Source: Lingula anatina
Taxonomy: Eukaryota; Animalia; Brachiopoda
Assembly: GCA_051362555.1 (NCBI GenBank)
Contig: CM120645.1
Location: 7,564,001 to 7,628,000 of the forward strand
Direction: 5' to 3'
Length of the DNA stretch: 64,000 nt
In this document: positions 23,673 to 35,494 of the stretch, piece after piece
Position numbering within the stretch: position 1 is the first letter of the stretch
How the letters are laid out: every line of letters begins with the position of its first letter
Program-made: the position numbers and the translations under genes
Notes under the pieces: model-generated
The model's database searches: none
The model's input: only the letters and a program-made list of their open reading frames with translations
Told to the model about the DNA's origin: nothing

Positions 23673-23797
23673 GGGGAAATCCCTCCTTGTGACAACAAAC
23701 GCGGTGAAAGACTGAATATACACAGAACGGTGCCAGTCCCTCGTATATCAACTTCCTGCTTGATCTTCGAGGAAAGTTCCAGGAACAATTCCATGAA
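23673..23797 (+). promoter_or_regulatory. kappaB + ETS + triple STAT(GAS)-type motif cluster upstream of the ZU5 receptor ATG
   Basis: GGGGAAATCCC 23673-23683; ACTTCCTG 23751-23758; TTCGAGGAA 23766-23774, TTCCAGGAA 23777-23785, TTCCATGAA 23789-23797; overlapping GGAAAGTTCC 23771-23780. Confidence 0.6.
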
Positions 23798-23862
23798 GGG
23801 AACGAATTCAACGTAATTGGTTATCTGTTACACTGTAGTATTACCTAGGGGACTAAACAACA

Positions 23863-26800
23863 ATGACAGTAGTGCTGTATTCTGACTTGCTTTTAGCCGT
23901 GAGTGCTGCCATTTTGCTCGTCGTTGGGGAAAACGCGGTGTGGGCCAAGCCGGTGGGAGAGACCACTTCTGGAATCAACGTGTCCAATGACACCGAGACG
24001 CACATTCCTCAGGTAAGGTGTTTATACGTGCAGAGCGGGATTTGTATACAAACATACTATAAGCACGTGCTTGGGAACCGGTTAACCTTCCCATCTCCCG
24101 GATTTCGATACCCACACATAAAAAAGAACAATGGCTTAACAAAGATGATCAAATTGATATTTGGATGACGCAGAAAGATAGAAAAAAAGCAAAAAGTAGG
24201 AAAATTGAAGTTAAGAAGTAAATAGCAATGTTTTTGTTTACCTGCAATGGGGTCACCATAGTTGTTAGGAGGGCCGAGGGCACCCCGAGGCAAAAAATCC
24301 GGCCTAGAATGCATAGCCCCCAGTCCGTTTCATTGTACTGGGACTGTCGTGCACATAGACAGGTGCACTGTTATATTACACTTCTTAAAATGTATCGCGT
24401 CACCAGTAGGCCTATACAATTTCTTAAGTCAAACAAATTCGTTAAACAAAGATATGTAAAATAAGCATATACACATAAAAGCGTAAATTTCGTAGATGTA
24501 AGGTTACACTGATGAGGGCTGTGCACGATAGGCCTATCCTCAATCTGTGGAAATATTATTATATCTTTATACTTCTTTTCTTGTTTTTTTTTTTCTCTTT
24601 AATAAGTTCAAATACACTCAAGGTATTGTGAAGCGCCTTCTTCCTCTACTTTCCCTATTTTATTACTGGCATATATGTAATGCATAATATTTATGCCTAA
24701 GGCCGCTGTCAGATTCACACATCGTAGTAGCTGTGTCGGTCCAACTCTGAGGGGGATTTTTGCAGAGTGCAATCAGCGAACTCAGCTTAACTGTCTGGCA
24801 CGCCTCCTCCAGCAGCTAGGGAGTAATTAACTTTCGGGGGCTGATCAAGCTGATTCTACTGATTGAACTTTAGCTTGAATCCCCCGCAGAGTTGGGCCGA
24901 CCCAAGTAGTATGATGTGTGAATCTGAATGCGTCTTAATAGTCTGAATCATGTACGATAAGTGGAATATTTAACGCGTAACTCCTAATAAAAACAACAAC
25001 ACATGTACAGGCCGCCCAGCCTCCTAATAACACACGCTGAAGAAAGGCACAGAGTGACCGAAAGGTCTGTAAGGTACAGCTTTAAATTAGTGTAAAAAAT
25101 GACTAGTTTCATCTTATCACACAACACAGGTGTGGGTTGAAAGCTTTTTTATTATGGAGACAGCGTAACAATGCGGAAGTTCTGGTAGACTGGTTAAACA
25201 AACATTGTTATCGAGCTCATACGCATTTTTAAGGGGAGTCGATTCTTTTTAAGTGTCATTACAGGGGGGAACCCAGAATTTTTTGAAGGTGGGTCCAGTT
25301 CTTTAGAAATTGACAGGCCTCGGATTACGAGGCCGACCCTCACCCCCTTGGCGTCAGATTTAGGACACGTTCAAGGGCCCCGAAAAAATGGTATTTTGGA
25401 GGGCAAATGGGGTCATTTGGCACCGTTTAGAACTATGATTCTGCTAGACTAATTTTGGTGCTTTTTTATCATAAATCGAAGGGGAGGGGGTCAGGACCCA
25501 CCCAGAGACCCCCTAAATCTGCCATAGCATTAAGTAAATAAGTTCAACAGGGCATTTGAATAAACTGTTTATCTTAATGCTAAGTCAGCAATACAAGGTA
25601 TTTCCACATCCACATTTTTAACAGAGCAACGCCCTTTATAAAAAAAGAGGTGGCATGTTAATCGGGGGATATGAGAAGAATGCCATACCAAACAATCGCA
25701 ACAGTTTTGTTATTCAAAGCCAGTATAACATAATGATCTTTTTTCGGGGGGGGGGGGGGGGGAGTGGCATATGGTAGTTTCAGATGAACAGCAATCAAAA
25801 CTGAACCCAATTTTGTAATTATTTCCACATTTTTCAAAGCCTTGATATCACTCCTTATTCCTCCTGTAATTGACTGAGAAACTTAAACTGTGATTACCAA
25901 AGATCACAATCATCATGGACAATATGGATTATCTTATTCAGGTATAACAAATTCAATTCAGCGGATGTACCTGTACATTATTGTCGGCAATAACCTGTCG
26001 CGCCTTGAGAATAAAGATGAACCCGGGTAAAGAACGTTCAATGTCATGTTTCTCTCACACTGTAAACATCAAGATACAGTAATAGTCTATTGGGTTTCTC
26101 TGTTCAAAGCAGAAAAATCATCCCGTAGCCACGTTCGGTAAAAACATAAGGGGGAGTACCTGTCACAAATTTATTTATATGTCCGTTAATTAAACATGCT
26201 TTATCTAGTATAAACAGTGTAAGGTGAAGACACAGGCCGAGGGTTGTTTTAACGGCGCACTATATACTAGAATTCAAAATTATAAGCGTATCCTACGCTC
26301 AAACCATGTTAACAAAGCTAATCACATGAGACATAGACGGACACTAAAGAGATGAAAAAAAAAAGAGCAGGGAGATTATTGAACCAATGCGCCACTGAAA
26401 TCCTTTCTTCTTCTAAACGATGGATCAGCCTAGTTACTGTAGCTCGCACCGTGCTCATATGCAGTACTGTGAAAAATTGATAGAAGATATCGGTAGCAAT
26501 ACTCAGGGGACAATTAACCCCTCCCCCCACTTATCCCCTGTTGACAAACCAGGAAGTACAGGGCTATCCAATCCCGGTGTATGATGACGCCTTCCTTGTT
26601 TGCACACCTTTTACATGTTCGATAAATTGATTTACACGCTAAACTTACTATCTTTGATTGATGTTGCTGTAACTAAGTGTGACTAACTGTCATCGGTTAT
26701 GTCACGAGCGTATCTTCCGTATCTGTATCTGTTAGGTGAAATTTCGTGAAATATTTAATTTGTATTTTTAAATAAGCATGTGACCAAAAGCCTATATATA

Positions 26801-27809
26801 TGTATATATATGTTTCACATATATGTAGCACATGTGCATTATAACTGTTGCTCCCGAATATTCAACTAGTTGAGAATTGGCCGTCTCACTTATGTAGCGT
26901 CATCGTCATTGCTCTTTTTAGCATACGCTACTTACTTACATTTTTGTTTTGCAGAACGTTACTTATTCTACTTCACAACTCCTAATCTTGGTGAATGCAA
27001 CACCTTACTTGGATACACAAGGGCAGAATTCGAGCCAGGAACCCGGCTGCCACGAGGAGTGCTCTGGCTGTTTCGGCCCAGAACCAACCCAGTGTTTCAG
27101 CTGCGTACACTTCAACCAATCAGGGACCTGTGTGAAAGTATGCAACGAAATAACCTTCTACCCCAGAGCTGACTTACCCTCCACGTGCTCACCTTGTGAC
27201 AAACTCTGCCACAACGTTGGTTGCTTCGGTCCCGCTGAAACAGACTGTAAACTATTGCACGCTACTAAGGCGACGATTGGCGGCCCAGCGTACGCGCCCG
27301 TCCAGCTCGTACACGTGGCGCTTGGTTTTGCTGTATTGCTGGTGATAGCATTAATTGTAGCACTTATTGTTGTTTACAAACGTACTAGGAAGGTATGTTT
27401 AATGTGTTCGATAGAGATTAAATGCATCATACGGGGGGATAATTTATCCTGAGAAAATTTAACCACTGGATACCAGGTATTTTTTCAACTTTTATCAAAC
27501 CAATGATATTGTCTTACATTGTGTCAATAATAACAAAAACAGTTCGATAGAATCTGTGCAGTTGCAACCCCCGTTTAGGCTGAGGCATGCAGTTACAGTG
27601 TATTCCACTGACACATATTGTCAAACGATGTAATTCATTTTTTTTTTTTTTTGCAATATCAAATAATTCTGGTATTCGAATTGTTGTAGTCAAATAGCGA
27701 AACAGTAGAAAAAATAATCAGAAAACCATTTTTATTCAAAATAAGAAAAACCTTCATGGACGAGACATCATATAGCTTTTCTCATCAAAAACGTTTTAAT
27801 AATGTCCTA

Positions 27810-27840
<31 letters not shown>

Positions 27841-29942
27841 AAATTTTTATTATTATTTTTTTTTTAGAGACAGCGTATATCCATCCGTCGATCCATCCCC
27901 TTATCCAATGGCTTGAACTCCAGCCAGAGAGAGACAGACCAAGACACACCAGATAATTTGTATTCCTCGGTCTCTTTAATCTCTGGCTGGCGCAAACTGT
28001 CACGACAAGACGGTGCTGTAACCTCAAGTCCAAAGACACCTCCACTCCAAGGAGAATCACACACCTCTTCGACCGCCAAACAAGGCCCAGAGGTGAGACA
28101 ATCTTTTGATGTAAGCTCACATCGGGAGAACTCAACCAACACTAGCAATACCGCAGAAGGCGAGGCACCTGTTCCAAATCCGTCAAATGTGGCACTCCAA
28201 ACAGAATCTTCTTATTCTGAGACTGGAAATCTGGGTGTGAATTGCGCTTCGACGCCATTATCCCGATCAAAAAACGAAAAATCTGATATTTTAAGAAGGG
28301 AGCTTACAGAACTGGGGCTACCGGACTCCGGTGAAACAAAATCCAAGCGCAGTTTGATTGAAAGGAAACAGCAATCAAAAAGTGACCTCATAAGGGAAGA
28401 TCTACCCAACCAAGACCCTGCGAAAGAGCCCATTGCTTCCTCAGACCTACTTCTAAGAAGTAAAAGCCTCCCAGTGGCCACTATAACGAGAAACCCCCCT
28501 GTTGCTTTAAGTATAAAGAAAACTGCGAAAACAATTGACCCATTGACATCACAACGGCTTGTTCGAGACAGTGGAATAGGTCAGAGCAACTCCGATATAA
28601 GACTATCGAATGAATCTGACCATCTCCGAGCACTAAGATACGGTGCACTTATCCCCTGTTGACTTATCCCCTGTTGACAAACCAGGAAGTACAGGGCTAT
28701 CCAATCCCGGTGTATGATGACGCCTTCCTTGTTTGCACACCTTTTACATGTTCGATAAATTGATTTACACGCTAAACTTACTATCTTTGATTGATGTTGC
28801 TGTAACTAAGTGTGACTAACTGTCATCGGTTATGTCACGAGCGTATCTTCCGTATCTGTATCTGTTAGGTGAAATTTCGTGAAATATTTAATTTGTATTT
28901 TTAAATAAGCATGTGACCAAAAGCCTATATATATGTATATATATGTTTCACATATATGTAGCACATGTGCATTATAACTGTTGCTCCCGAATATTCAACT
29001 AGTTGAGAATTGGCCGTCTCACTTATGTAGCGTCATCGTCATTGCTCTTTTTAGCATACGCTACTTACTTACATTTTTGTTTTGCAGAACGTTACTTATT
29101 CTACTTCACAACTCCTAATCTTGGTGAATGCAACACCTTACTTGGATACACAAGGGCAGAATTCGAGCCAGGAACCCGGCTGCCACGAGGAGTGCTCTGG
29201 CTGTTTCGGCCCAGAACCAACCCAGTGTTTCAGCTGCGTACACTTCAACCAATCAGGGACCTGTGTGAAAGTATGCAACGAAATAACCTTCTACCCCAGA
29301 GCTGACTTACCCTCCACGTGCTCACCTTGTGACAAACTCTGCCACAACGTTGGTTGCTTCGGTCCCGCTGAAACAGACTGTAAACTATTGCACGCTACTA
29401 AGGCGACGATTGGCGGCCCAGCGTACGCGCCCGTCCAGCTCGTACACGTGGCGCTTGGTTTTGCTGTATTGCTGGTGATAGCATTAATTGTAGCACTTAT
29501 TGTTGTTTACAAACGTACTAGGAAGGTATGTTTAATGTGTTCGATAGAGATTAAATGCATCATACGGGGGGATAATTTATCCTGAGAAAATTTAACCACT
29601 GGATACCAGGTATTTTTTCAACTTTTATCAAACCAATGATATTGTCTTACATTGTGTCAATAATAACAAAAACAGTTCGATAGAATCTGTGCAGTTGCAA
29701 CCCCCGTTTAGGCTGAGGCATGCAGTTACAGTGTATTCCACTGACACATATTGTCAAACGATGTAATTCATTTTTTTTTTTTTTTGCAATATCAAATAAT
29801 TCTGGTATTCGAATTGTTGTAGTCAAATAGCGAAACAGTAGAAAAAATAATCAGAAAACCATTTTTATTCAAAATAAGAAAAACCTTCATGGACGAGACA
29901 TCATATAGCTTTTCTCATCAAAAACGTTTTAATAATGTCCTA

Positions 29943-29973
<31 letters not shown>

Positions 29974-32072
29974 AAATTTTTATTATTATTTTTTTTTTAG
30001 AGACAGCGTATATCCATCCGTCGATCCATCCCCTTATCCAATGGCTTGAACTCCAGCCAGAGAGAGACAGACCAAGACACACCAGATAATTTGTATTCCT
30101 CGGTCTCTTTAATCTCTGGCTGGCGCAAACTGTCACGACAAGACGGTGCTGTAACCTCAAGTCCAAAGACACCTCCACTCCAAGGAGAATCACACACCTC
30201 TTCGACCGCCAAACAAGGCCCAGAGGTGAGACAATCTTTTGATGTAAGCTCACATCGGGAGAACTCAACCAACACTAGCAATACCGCAGAAGGCGAGGCA
30301 CCTGTTCCAAATCCGTCAAATGTGGCACTCCAAACAGAATCTTCTTATTCTGAGACTGGAAATCTGGGTGTGAATTGCGCTTCGACGCCATTATCCCGAT
30401 CAAAAAACGAAAAATCTGATATTTTAAGAAGGGAGCTTACAGAACTGGGGCTACCGGACTCCGGTGAAACAAAATCCAAGCGCAGTTTGATTGAAAGGAA
30501 ACAGCAATCAAAAAGTGACCTCATAAGGGAAGATCTACCCAACCAAGACCCTGCGAAAGAGCCCATTGCTTCCTCAGACCTACTTCTAAGAAGTAAAAGC
30601 CTCCCAGTGGCCACTATAACGAGAAACCCCCCTGTTGCTTTAAGTATAAAGAAAACTGCGAAAACAATTGACCCATTGACATCACAACGGCTTGTTCGAG
30701 ACAGTGGAATAGGTCAGAGCAACTCCGATATAAGACTATCGAATGAATCTGACCATCTCCGAGCACTAAGATACGGTGCAAGCACATCTTCAAATCGACA
30801 AATCGACCGGACGTCAGATAAATCGCTTTCCATAGGTAGAGACTCTGTCTTCACTGAGTACTCGGACTTGGAGTCCGTAAGTGATCAAAGTGCGGTCACT
30901 GAAGTTTACGAAAATCTTGATAGAAAATCCACACAGTTCTCCGTTATGGAAGAAGCAGGGACGCCAAAGAGCTCACATGGATCGAAAACCGAAACGCAGA
31001 AACAGAAAAGAGATCATCTTTCAAAATCAAAATCTGTGGAAATGGCTGCCTATCTGAAGGAACCAGGTAAACGCGCTCGCTTGGATTCTGGCTCCTCGCT
31101 AACACATACTGAGCAACAAAAGCCACCCGAAATGGCCACAAGCATCAACAAGACAACCGATAGCAAAATAACTATCACCACCGTGCCTGATAAGGATATT
31201 CACCATATGCCTTCCACAGCATCAATCCCAGAGCTTATCCAGCACGTTGTACAGTCATACAATCAACCATGGCTTATAGATGTGGAAAGTTTTAACCAGA
31301 CCGACCCGCGTTTCCAAATCGGCGTCTTCGACAAAGATGGCGGAGAGTTGTGCCTTCCTGTTGGACGGACTCGATTGTACGTGCCACAAGATGCTGTCAC
31401 GCTGCCAACTGTGATCTACCTGTATGCTGATTATGAGACGGAATACCACAACGGCCGCGCCGTAACCTACACCCCCACAATTGAATGTGGACCAGACGGC
31501 TTGCAATTCCAGAGGGCAGTCACTCTCACTTTAGGCCACTGCGCTGTCAAAACAGACCTCCGGGACTTGGCCGTCATCTCGCAAAGTAACGGAGACTCGC
31601 GATGGCAAACGGAACCGCAAACAGCTTTGCTCAGAACAGCAGACGACAGTGTCTCGGTTCAGCTTCACCACTTCACCAGATACCGGGTTATCGACCGCCG
31701 CCAGGACTACCCAGTTGAACACGACGAAGACCCACTGGAAGAAAACACTGAAAGAAAGGAACCAGTTCCAAGCGATGTTGGTCCTTCTTCCGCCACGAAG
31801 GAAGGTTGTCCGACAAAATTTCTGTATGTTTGCATGTTTGTCCGTCAGTATGCGAAGGGTCGGTTTGAGGGAACGGTCCACTGGATGATCAAAGATGACC
31901 AGCTCTTGAGGGTAAGATTTGATCATCGAACGATTTATGACTGCAAGTAAACCATTCAAATATATTTCTATTTAAAAAATATTCCGGTGGCAATACAGAT
32001 GTAGTAAAAGTAGGCAACAGAGAATAACGCATGTCTTGGTACAGTTTATTCAACTTTACCCTAACACTGAGC

Positions 32073-32121
<49 letters not shown>

Positions 32122-33666
32122 TATTTATTGTTTGTCATCTATACCCGTCTTTCTTTCAGTTTCAGCAAGTCCAATGGCTTCAAGACTCCCAGAGCACTTC
32201 AAGTGACTGCCGGTATGTAGAGGCGAAGGTACTGCAATTTCAAAAAGGAAAGGGAGCATTGATGATAAATCTACAAGCTATTGAAGGATGCTCACTGATG
32301 GGAGAAAGCACACATGTATGTATAATATAATATAATATAATATAATATAATATAATATAATATAATATAATTATCGATTGACAATGACGAATAGCTCCAA
32401 ATGAACAGACAAGGTAGAAATATATGCTACGTTATTTCTGACTAATCACATTACACGATTGTGGTTCACTGGATGATATAATATGATGTTCAAGTTTTCT
32501 TTGCGGTGCGTTGTGTCTCTAACCTTATATGTGTAAGTGTAAAAAGTCTTTCCACACACTCCCCTTGTTCCACTATGTATATGTGTACAGTTTACTGGCG
32601 TTCGTTTTCTTTCTTTCCGTCTCTTTCTTTGTACACACATTCTTCATTTGTATATATGCTAGTATTCTCCTAGACTATGTTTTCAGGAGGAGAACGTTTA
32701 TATGCAAAAGTAAATTGCCTTTTTTCTTTCTTCACAAATAGCTGACGATTTTTCCTCGGGTGTGCCTCAATCAGAGAAAGTAGATGGGAAGACTATTGGT
32801 GATACTGTATTAAGTAAGCGCACCATTTGGGAATACATTTGTGCATCAATGTGGTGGTTATTTGGATACAACGAGATGTGTTAACTGGCCCCGGTTTCAA
32901 AAAAAAAAAAAAAAAAAAAGCTTAAAGTCAGGTTCTCTGGCTAAGAACTTAATTACCAGGGTTACATGATCACATTGGCACATCTTACCCTATCAGGAGC
33001 AGTGTAACAGCACTCTCATGGAAATACTAGTCAACTAAGCCAGGGTACTGACTTAAGTTTTTTTTACTGAAACTGGGGCCTGCACTGTAACGTAGAAGCA
33101 TCATTTAGATTCACTCCTGATTTTTCTGTTTTTTAACATTTCAGTCCATAGACGAGATGGTGGTGAACAGTTGCAATAAGGGCTATGCAGGGTTTCATTT
33201 GCAATGTGACGATAAGGAGAAGGCGCTGTGCGAAGTGAACATCAGCCAGAAGGACTCTGAGCAGACCACCACGCTGCACATCATACTCAATGACGTCATC
33301 CCCGTTGAGGAGGAAATCAAGCGTCTCCAGGTACATGTATACAACATCTGACATGTACAAATACGCGTAGATTGCATTATTTGCCTTTGCATCCGAATGA
33401 ATTGCATGTATATGAAACATGGTGTGCGCCAGCGAAAAAATGTTCTTGTTATCTTTCTTCAGGGTTTTCTCTGTGGGAGTGAGGGCGAAGAACCACAATG
33501 GGTACAAAGACTCCTTGGGCTAGAGGCCGCCGGAATCCGAAGAGTTACCACAGGGAGACTTAAAGTGCCGGACGAAAAGAATAAAGAAAGCGGCTACAGC
33601 AGTGCCACGGGGTCTCAGTTAATGCCTACAGGTTTTACTAGTGAGAAGGAAGATGCGGCGGTTTAG
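23863..33666 (+). CDS. Orphan type I membrane protein, ~1014 aa: signal peptide, furin-like Cys-rich repeats, TM, long Ser-rich linker, ZU5, UPA-like region, no death domain. Exons 23863-24012, 29088-29525 (duplicate 26955-27392), 30001-31911, 32160-32315, 33145-33330, 33463-33666
   Basis: All junctions GT-AG, phase 0. Ectodomain CHEECSGCFGPEPTQCFSCVHFNQSGTCVKVC...CSPCDKLCHNVGCFGPAETDC; TM VALGFAVLLVIALIVALIVVY then KRTRK; ZU5 GVFDKDGGELCL...RLYVPQDAV...TPTIECGPDGLQFQRAVTLTLGHCA...VSVQLHHFTRY. Confidence 0.85.
24701..24934. mobile_element. Palindromic MITE (PIF/Harbinger-like TAA/TTA flanks)
   Basis: cagattcacacatc...gtcggtccaactctg.ggggggatt inverted as aatcccccgcagagttgggccgac...gatgtgtgaatctg; taa and tta flanks. 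Confidence 0.7.
25262..25527. mobile_element. MITE with degenerate CAGGGG...-type ends and 5-bp TSD CATTA
   Basis: catta at 25257-25261 and 25528-25532; GC-rich interior with ends cagggggga / aaatctgccatag. Confidence 0.6.
26530..30780 (+). repeat. Apparently identical tandem duplication, period 2133 bp (26530-28647 and 28663-30780, with a 15-bp junction insert)
   Basis: The ORF track gives identical proteins offset by 2133; junction cggtgca|cttatcccctgttga|cttatcccctgttgacaaacc. Confidence 0.97.
26955..28662 (+). CDS. Duplicated exon 2 (26955-27392) plus truncated exon 3 (27868-28662) giving a premature-stop receptor form ending ...LRYGALIPC*
   Basis: Splice sites identical to the downstream copy; the frame ends at a TGA created in the junction insert. 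Confidence 0.55.
32074..32371. repeat. (AAT)n at 32074-32121 and (ATAAT)n at 32322-32371 flanking exon 4
   Basis: Direct reading. Confidence 0.9.
32885..33082. mobile_element. MITE; a related partial copy lies at ~46674-46800
   Basis: ctggccccggtttcaaaaaa...ctta.agtcag inverted as ctgacttaagttttt...gaaactggggcctg; shared gttctctggct.ag in both copies. Confidence 0.7.
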
Positions 33667-34403
33667 TCCACTTCTGGTCACAATCCATAATTCCTATTGA
33701 ACAGGGAATGTTCAATGTCACAGCAAGCTTTTTTTTCGTCGAGATAACAAATTACCCTTATCATTCCAGCTACTTTGCAACACATTCCTACAGGGTGCAG
33801 TCACTGTTGTGATCGCGTTTTATGTATAGGTCTATCGTAAATACTTTATTACTTGTGTTCTTTTGGTTTACTTCCGGTTCTGGGTATTACGCACATGGGC
33901 CTACACAACATTCCATTTTTGTTGGCCAGACATTGAATTTAGATTTTGAAAAAACTATTATGCTATTTTAACCATTTATGGTCATTGTTATAGGGCGTCG
34001 TGAAACGAATGCTTAAAGCCTTTATATTTTAAAGACATATTTCATCTTTTAATTGATATATATATATATAGAAAGATTTGAATGGAGGAACGGATTTATA
34101 CATGTACATGTACATGGGTAGAAAGATTGATTGTTTCTCTCCTTCTTTCTTATCTGAAGACACCTTGATATTTGATAAACATCTAAATATTTTAATTGAC
34201 CCGGTGAAGATTTACTTTCAAAGTTTATGTTGTGTCTTTTTTGTTTAAAATATCAATCAAAATCTTATTGGCTGCTTTCAGAATGCAATATCTATTGATT
34301 AACAACGGAGGAAATGCGTCCATAACATACAACTTAATTTCTTGCTTCATTTTCATGAATTTTTTCATTTGGCTCTGATAATGAAAGCTCAATTTAATTT
34401 ATA

Positions 34404-34966
34404 TGGTAAAGGGGTGAGTGATTTCACGGAATTTCTTTCTATTCATTTCTTTAGCTTGTTTATAGAATATAGAAATATTGCTCAATATGATATCGATATA
34501 AACATTTTTCGAATTCTATCGGAAAATGTTACTGTTTGAAAAACAGTGTAACTGTAATGTTGTTTAACTAAACTTTAAAGAATATTAATCATTTGTTATA
34601 TGTACAGAGCTTGCTTGGTTCTAGGGATGCTTGTTTTAGACCAAACGTGTGGCTCTCTGCCTTAATTTTGGGTCTAAGAAACTCTAACAATGATTGACCA
34701 ACCAAAATTATTTGGTAAAAGGGTGAGTTTATGAATTCACATTATTTCTTTTAATTAATTTCTTTAGCTTGTTTATTTGCTTATAGAATATAGAAATATT
34801 GCTCAATATGATATAAACATTGTTCGAATTCTATTGGAAATGTTACTGTTTAAAAAAGGTGTAACTGTAATGTTGTTTAACTAATTTTAGAGAAATATTA
34901 ATCATTTATTATTATTACTTGGTACTAGGGATGCTTGTTTTAGACCAAACGTGTTGCTCTCTGCCT
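34404..34966. repeat. Diverged ~310-bp tandem duplication in the presumed 3' UTR of the ZU5 receptor
   Basis: ggtaaa.gggtgagt...atttctttagcttgtttat...agaaatattgctcaatatgatat...ctagggatgcttgttttagaccaaacgtgt.gctctctgcct occurs twice (~34404-34662 and ~34714-34966). Confidence 0.9.
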
Positions 34967-35494
34967 AAAGTGTTCGCAGGCCTACCTGTGGCTAATTCAG
35001 CCATTTACCGATGCAAGGAATTATTTTATTCGCTCCATTGCATTTACATGTAACCGTCCAAAATTTAGGTATTGTTTCAAAAGTTTTGAAGATTATACAA
35101 TGTATGTGTAGTCAGAAACTACGCTTGTGGCTTTAGAAAATATTGAAAAAGTAAAACAATAGAAAAATGAGGAGTTTGAAAACTGTATTCAAATACGATA
35201 CGTATTAATTTTTTTATCAATTAAATTTTGATACTTCTATTCATATTCAAGTTATTTGATCATTTGTACCTAACTACTTAAGTTTTTTGTACTGTGCAAT
35301 CAATGCAAATTGAGTTCAATTACAATCACCAGGCGATTAAATTTGCAAGCAGCTGTTTATACATATCTTTTTGCATATTATTATATCCACAAAGATAAAT
35401 AAAATTTTTCACAAATATTTCATCCTTCTTTCTTTTAATTAGCCCACTTGCTTCTAGGAATTATTTCTACATTTAACTTACACACCCTGTTTAA

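Noticed and set aside
26955-27392. Possible EGFR/ErbB, insulin receptor or PCSK5 gene
   Set aside because: Only two furin-like repeats; no L domains, kinase or subtilase domain anywhere in the model.
30001-33666. Possible UNC5 netrin receptor or ankyrin
   Set aside because: No Ig/TSP1 ectodomain, ankyrin repeats or death domain, so no gene symbol assigned.
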